From Sphingobacteriales bacterium (GTDB lineage: Bacteria; Bacteroidota; Bacteroidia; Chitinophagales; Chitinophagaceae), in contig JACPUV010000009.1 of NCBI GenBank assembly GCA_016192105.1, positions 3,311 through 67,310 of the forward strand: a DNA stretch of 64,000 nucleotides. The letters run 5' to 3'. Both the position numbers and the translations under genes were made by a program. A model generated the notes under the pieces. That model was not told the origin of the DNA, did no database searches, and was given only the letters and a program-made list of their open reading frames with translations. The first letter of the stretch is position 1, and every line of letters begins with the position of its first letter. Positions 59,120 to 64,000 of the stretch are shown here, piece by piece.

Positions 59120-60079
59120 TTAGTTATTCTCTCGGGTCTTGTTTTTATCCGTTTTTTCCTGGAGTTTTTGTTCATTCCGGTTCCCTTTCGGATCCAGCAG
59201 GGGGTCACCCACAGGCGCCTGGCCGTCTTCCAGTTTAAAGGTGAAGACCTTGTCGATATGCATCCATTTCCCGTTTTCCCATTTGAATCCTTCCTGGTCG
59301 CCGTCCGGGATAAAGGTCCAGGGCAGGTCGGGCTCATCGGATTCAGAGACCAGGTGATCCACCAGGATCATCCCCAGGTCTTCGATATAATTCACCAGCA
59401 CCCGGGTATCTTTTTTAAATTCAAGGTTAAAACGATACCGGGGCGCTTTGGGCACCGAATCTTTTTCATAGGAGAAGAACGGTCCCCCAAAAACCGGTTC
59501 ATTCTTATCAGTAAAACTGAGGACTTCGATCCATTTCATACTGCTCTGGGCGCTGTTCTGATCAAAGCCGAAAAGCGTATAATAGTTCTTCCCCTTGTAC
59601 TGCGTTTTTACCATATTGTAATACATGGCCCCGATCCAGTTGCCCCGGCTCCTGACCGAATCCCCGGGCTTGTTCGTAAACTCGGAAGCATCCCGCAGGG
59701 GAACCAGTTTGAGCGAACCATCCGCTGTCCGGAACTGGATAGCACCCCGCTGGCGGGAATAATAATCGGTATAAGAAATATTCCAGCTGAAAATACGGAA
59801 ACTGGTATCCGGCGCAAGGAGTGTGGATACCCCCCGCACTGAATCAAAGGGATAGTAAAATGAATGTTTAACCTGCAGGGCCCTGACAAGCACTTTGGTA
59901 AAAGCGCTGTCGGCCAGCATCCGTTGCTGGGGCAGGCTGTCTGTATTAAGGTGAAAGGAATAATTCTTCAGGCTATCTTCTTTTGCCCGGAGCCCTTTCA
60001 GGTCGGCCGGGCTGATTTTCTGACTGAAGCTGCCTGTAGCCAGGAAGACAGAGAGGGTAAATGACAGGATTCTTTTCAC
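59120..60079 (-). CDS. Exported hypothetical protein
   Basis: Likely start GTG 60079 (VKRILSFTLSVFLATGSFS|Q); no recognised family. Confidence 0.7.
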   Translation of the reverse strand: MKRILSFTLSVFLATGSFSQKISPADLKGLRAKEDSLKNYSFHLNTDSLPQQRMLADSAFTKVLVRALQVKHSFYYPFDSVRGVSTLLAPDTSFRIFSWNISYTDYYSRQRGAIQFRTADGSLKLVPLRDASEFTNKPGDSVRSRGNWIGAMYYNMVKTQYKGKNYYTLFGFDQNSAQSSMKWIEVLSFTDKNEPVFGGPFFSYEKDSVPKAPRYRFNLEFKKDTRVLVNYIEDLGMILVDHLVSESDEPDLPWTFIPDGDQEGFKWENGKWMHIDKVFTFKLEDGQAPVGDPLLDPKGNRNEQKLQEKTDKNKTRENN

Positions 60080-60164
60080 CAGGTTGTTTTTTATTAGACA
60101 AGTAAAGTTAAGCCTATCCGAAGATGGGCATAACGTGAAATAGGTTGTAAAATTATTGCCGGGA

Positions 60165-61409
60165 TCACAAAGCTTTGGCAAAATCCTCCAGGTTGTCAAA
60201 AGCCAGGTCAATTTCAGGGTGGGGCAATTCCTGGTAGGGGCGGGTGGTTTTTACAAATACCGTGTACATCCCTGCATTCCGGCCAAAGTGCATATCGCTC
60301 AGGTTATTGCCCACCATAATGGACCGGGAAAAGTCGATCTCGGGAAAATTCATCTTTGCCCTTAAGGCCATACCGGGATTGGGCTTGCGTTCGGGGTGGT
60401 CATTGTGCAGGGAGGAGCAGTAAAAAATGGCATCAATCCGCCCGCCCGCCTTTTCCACTTCGCGTTGCATGTACTGGTGAATTTCAAGCAGGGCATCTTC
60501 CGTCATCAGCCCTCTTTCCACCCCCCGCTGGTTGGTGATGATGATGATCCGTGGAAATTTCTGCGCCAGTTTTTTAAACAGGGCAGGGCCGCCAGGGGTG
60601 AATACGAATTCATCCGGGGTGAAAATATAACTGCCATCCTTGTCCACATTGATCACCCCGTCGCGGTCCAGGAACAGGGTCCAGTTATCATCCATCGCAG
60701 AAAGATCAAGCGGGGGATGACTCAGTTCGGTTTGCGCCCGGTTTAAATCCTCCGGGATCCCGATATCAATAAAGTATTCGTCCTGGATTATTCCATAGAT
60801 CCGCCGCCTGGTAAAAAATGACTCCAGGTAATTCTTTTCAAAGGAAAATTTAGCCGGAAACTCTTCATCCATAAATTTATCCTTATTCAGGAGATAGACC
60901 CCGCCATTGATATTTCCCTGCTCATAAAACTGCTTTTCCCTGAAACTCTTTACCAGCTGCGATTCATCCAGTTCCACCACGCCATAGCGGTCAAAATTTT
61001 TCATGGGCTTCAGCAGCAGGGTACATTCCGCCAGGTTATGATTATGGAAGAGAGCCGCCTCGTGCAGGTCCGCTTTGAAAAGGGTGTCCCCGTTTACGAC
61101 CAGCACATTTTTCTGGTTGGCCCTGGTACAGGCCAGTAAAATGGCGCCACCGGTACCCAGGGGTTCTTCCTCGATCACGGTCTCATACCGCAGGGTGGGA
61201 AAATGGTTGCACAGGTAATCTTCAATAACCTCGTGCTTATAACCCAGCGAAAAGATAAAACGGTCGATACCCTGCATCCGCAGCTGATTGATCACATAAA
61301 AAAGAAAGGGCTTATCGGCTACCGGGGCCATGCATTTGGGCAGGTCGGGGACTGCTTCCCTCAGGCGGGTTCCCAACCCCCCGGCTAATATGATGGCTTC
61401 TTTGATCAT
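60165..61409 (-). CDS. Fused heptose-1-phosphate nucleotidyltransferase (HddC-like) and heptose-1,7-bisphosphate phosphatase (GmhB-like)
   Basis: N-half LAGGLGTRL..PK.MA, EPLGTGGA, NGD, FIDIG. C-half LFLDRDGVIN, ITNQRGV, RKPNPGM, MVGN. Confidence 0.9.
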   Translation of the reverse strand: MIKEAIILAGGLGTRLREAVPDLPKCMAPVADKPFLFYVINQLRMQGIDRFIFSLGYKHEVIEDYLCNHFPTLRYETVIEEEPLGTGGAILLACTRANQKNVLVVNGDTLFKADLHEAALFHNHNLAECTLLLKPMKNFDRYGVVELDESQLVKSFREKQFYEQGNINGGVYLLNKDKFMDEEFPAKFSFEKNYLESFFTRRRIYGIIQDEYFIDIGIPEDLNRAQTELSHPPLDLSAMDDNWTLFLDRDGVINVDKDGSYIFTPDEFVFTPGGPALFKKLAQKFPRIIIITNQRGVERGLMTEDALLEIHQYMQREVEKAGGRIDAIFYCSSLHNDHPERKPNPGMALRAKMNFPEIDFSRSIMVGNNLSDMHFGRNAGMYTVFVKTTRPYQELPHPEIDLAFDNLEDFAKAL

Positions 61410-61428
61410 GCGACCAGGAATATTTTCC

Positions 61429-62013
61429 TTATTGATTTGAACCGCTGAAATATTTTTCCTCTACCAGCTGGCAGATAATATGACCGATGGTGATATGACT
61501 TTCCTGGATCCGGGGTGTATCATTGGAAGGTACATTAACCAGGTAATCACTGAGGGCTTTCATCTGCCCGCCGCTGCTGCCGGTAAAGCCCACGGTGATC
61601 AGCCCTTTTTCCCGGGCTGTTTCAAAGGCTTTAATAATATTCTTTGAATTGCCGGAAGTGGAAAGCCCGATCAGGATATCGCCGGCATGACCGATCCCTT
61701 CGATCAGCCTGGAATAGATCACTTCATAGCTGTAGTCATTCGCCACCGCGGTCAGGTAGGAAGTATTGCAATGCAGGGCTTCCGCCGGCAGGGCCTTGCG
61801 ATCCGTATAAAAACGGCCGGAGAATTCCGCTGCGAGGTGCTGTGCATCCGCCGCGCTGCCGCCATTGCCGCAGAAATAGACGCGCTTGCCTTTTTGAAAG
61901 GCTTCCGTAACGGCATCCACTACCTGCCGGATCGTGGAAAGCAATTCCGGTTGCTGCAGGATCTGCTGCTTGGTATCAATGGATGCCCGGATGATATTTT
62001 TGATTTTTTCCAT
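61429..62013 (-). CDS. gmhA: Sedoheptulose-7-phosphate isomerase
   Basis: CGNGGSAADAQHLAAE; STSGNS; RIQESH. Confidence 0.95.
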   Translation of the reverse strand: MEKIKNIIRASIDTKQQILQQPELLSTIRQVVDAVTEAFQKGKRVYFCGNGGSAADAQHLAAEFSGRFYTDRKALPAEALHCNTSYLTAVANDYSYEVIYSRLIEGIGHAGDILIGLSTSGNSKNIIKAFETAREKGLITVGFTGSSGGQMKALSDYLVNVPSNDTPRIQESHITIGHIICQLVEEKYFSGSNQ

Positions 62014-62031
62014 CGTATTGTTTTGTTCCTG

Positions 62032-63054
62032 TTAAATAGTCCAGGTCTTGAGCCCGTGTTCTGTGAACTGGTAATTCCGGTGCCGCCCCCCAAAGTTCTT
62101 CAAACTTTCGATCACTTTGTATTTTGTGTTAACGGGGCAATAAAAAATCATAAAGCCCCCGCCGCCGGCGCCGGAAATTTTGCCCCCGGTGGCCCCAGCC
62201 TTCCGGGCCGTCTCGTAAATTTCTTCCATCAGCGGGTTGCTGATCCCTTCGGCCATCTGCCTTTTTTGCTGAAACCCGTAATCGAGAATTTCCCCGATCT
62301 CGTGCAGGCGTCCTTTGAGCAGGGCTTCTTTCATCATCCGGGCCTGGTCTTTCAGGTGGTGCATGGCTTCAATGGACTTTTCCTTATTTTCCGTCACATT
62401 CCGGCTCTGTTTTTTGATGATCTCCGCGGATTCCCGGCTGGTGGAAGTATAATAAAGCAGGAGATTATTTTCCAGTTCGAAGAGGTATTGCTGTTTGACC
62501 CGGAGCGGGTTTACAATTACTTTATCCTCCCCGTAAAATTCCATAAAATTCACCCCGCCGAAAGTAGCTGCATACTGGTCCTGCCGGCCCCCGGCCAGGT
62601 TCAGGTCCTTCCGCTCAATTTCAAATGCATAATGTGCCATATCGTATTCTCCCATCGGGAGCTTCCCCATCTCGGCAAAAGCGCCAAGGATGGCCACCAC
62701 CAGGGTGGAAGAAGTACCAAGCCCTGAGCCGGCGGGTGCATCCACATAGGTGGACAATCTGAACCCCTGTTCTTTGAAACCATAGTCCTGCAGGATGCGG
62801 TTATAAACGCCTTTCAGCAGGTCCAGCTTTCCATCAATGGGTAAATGGTCCGACCAGTCAAACTCCTGTACTTCATTGCGGTCAATGGCTTCCAGTACAA
62901 TCTTTTTCTCATCGAGGGGTTCGATCGTGGCATTGGCGTAGAGGGACAATGTGGCATTGAGAATAGCGCCTCCATAGATGTCGCAGTAGGGACTTACATC
63001 GGTGCCACCGCCTGCCAGTCCGATCCGTAAGGGTGCTTTACTTCTGAATATCAT
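62032..63054 (-). CDS. hddA: D-glycero-alpha-D-manno-heptose-7-phosphate kinase (GHMP)
   Basis: APLRIGLAGGGTD; PAGSGLGTSS; GRQDQYAA.FGG; KISGAGGGGF. Confidence 0.9.
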   Translation of the reverse strand: MIFRSKAPLRIGLAGGGTDVSPYCDIYGGAILNATLSLYANATIEPLDEKKIVLEAIDRNEVQEFDWSDHLPIDGKLDLLKGVYNRILQDYGFKEQGFRLSTYVDAPAGSGLGTSSTLVVAILGAFAEMGKLPMGEYDMAHYAFEIERKDLNLAGGRQDQYAATFGGVNFMEFYGEDKVIVNPLRVKQQYLFELENNLLLYYTSTSRESAEIIKKQSRNVTENKEKSIEAMHHLKDQARMMKEALLKGRLHEIGEILDYGFQQKRQMAEGISNPLMEEIYETARKAGATGGKISGAGGGGFMIFYCPVNTKYKVIESLKNFGGRHRNYQFTEHGLKTWTI

Positions 63055-64000
63055 GGGCTAACTGAGAAAGGCTGCTGACCATACGGGCCCAGCTGTACTT
63101 TTTTTTCTCTTCGCGAAGATGCGGAATAAAATAATCTTCACCTAATTGGTAGAAGCGGAGTATCCCGTCTGCGATTAACGCCGGTTCAGGTTCGGTGACG
63201 AGTCCCACTTTATGATCCGGTACGAGGGAGGGCAGTCCTCCCACATTGGTGACTACCATCGGTTTTTCAAAATGATAGGCGAGAGGGGTTACCCCGCTCT
63301 GCGTGGCATTCCGGTACGGTTGTATCACGGCATCAGCCGCGCAGAGATAGTATTTCACTTCACTGTCGGGGATAAAGTCAGTACGCAAATAAAGCTGGCC
63401 GGATATGCCGAGTTTTTCGATCAGTTCCCGGTAGGGTTTTTCGTCTTCATAAAATTCGCCGGCTACCAGCAATTTGATTCCGGATGCTTTAATCCGCGGG
63501 TCTGCCATCGCTTCCAGCAGCAGGTCGAGTCCCTTGTACTTCCGGATAAAACCAAAAAACAAAATGATCTTTTCGTTTTCGGGGAGCCCCAGCTGTTTGC
63601 GGGCTTCCTGCTTCGGAAGGATGGCTCCGAAATTATCATAAAGCGGGTGTGAAACCAGTTGAGCCGGTTTATTCTTTTCAAAAAGCCGCAGGTCACTCAT
63701 CACTTTTTCACTCATGGTGATAAAAGCATCACAGCTTTTCAGAAAATATTTCGTGAATGGTTTATCCCCCGGCCTTTTTTCATGCGGGATCACGTTGTCC
63801 GCGATGCAGATGATCTTCGTGTGTTTATTTTTTCTTACCCGGCGCAGGATCGTACCCAGGGCAGGGCCCATCAGGGGTAACCAGAAGCGGACAATGACCA
63901 GGTCCGGATGCTGCTTCCTCAACCAGTTGCCGGTCCTGATCCAGTTAAACGGGTTTATGGAATTGATCCGGGTATGGATCAGCAGGTTTTCCGGTGCGGG
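63038..64000 (-). CDS. Glycosyltransferase family 4, 5'-truncated by the window edge
   Basis: The frame is open to the window end (PAPENLLIHTRINSINPFNW...). FFGFIRKYKGLD; QSGV..LA. Confidence 0.9.
   Translation of the reverse strand, partial: PAPENLLIHTRINSINPFNWIRTGNWLRKQHPDLVIVRFWLPLMGPALGTILRRVRKNKHTKIICIADNVIPHEKRPGDKPFTKYFLKSCDAFITMSEKVMSDLRLFEKNKPAQLVSHPLYDNFGAILPKQEARKQLGLPENEKIILFFGFIRKYKGLDLLLEAMADPRIKASGIKLLVAGEFYEDEKPYRELIEKLGISGQLYLRTDFIPDSEVKYYLCAADAVIQPYRNATQSGVTPLAYHFEKPMVVTNVGGLPSLVPDHKVGLVTEPEPALIADGILRFYQLGEDYFIPHLREEKKKYSWARMVSSLSQLAHDIQK

Overview
Bacteroidota DNA, most likely Chitinophagaceae (TAnnTTTG promoters, T9SS sorting domains, Gln+1 signal peptides). Three parts. 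(1) About 1-26.4 kb is a lower-GC accessory island that runs off the left edge and ends at a tRNA-Leu(GAG) gene beside a large serine recombinase. Its cargo is a five-gene operon of apparently exported proteins: an outer-membrane beta-barrel, an Ig/Fn3-like protein, a 2584-aa TcB-like protein with a PA14 domain, a LolA-like protein, and a ~3100-aa RHS protein with a ~1500-aa Cys-rich insertion and an ART-like C-terminal tip. A candidate immunity gene, an XRE regulator, IS256 and IS3 remnants and a MerR-like gene follow. (2) About 26.7-50 kb is ordinary backbone: three sensor kinases, GT2, tRNA-Gly/Leu, mazG, lipase, a T9SS cargo protein, a TonB-domain protein, IS200-type tnpA and lepA. (3) About 50-64 kb is a surface-glycan locus: Wzm/Wzt, glycosyltransferases, three methyltransferases and the GDP-heptose genes gmhA, hddA and an hddC-gmhB fusion. 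Best leads: the signal-peptide-bearing split-RHS (Tc-BC-like) toxin operon with its own barrel and LolA-like partner, and a 20-bp palindrome inserted cleanly three times into dead DNA. All family calls are by eye from motifs; no searches were run.
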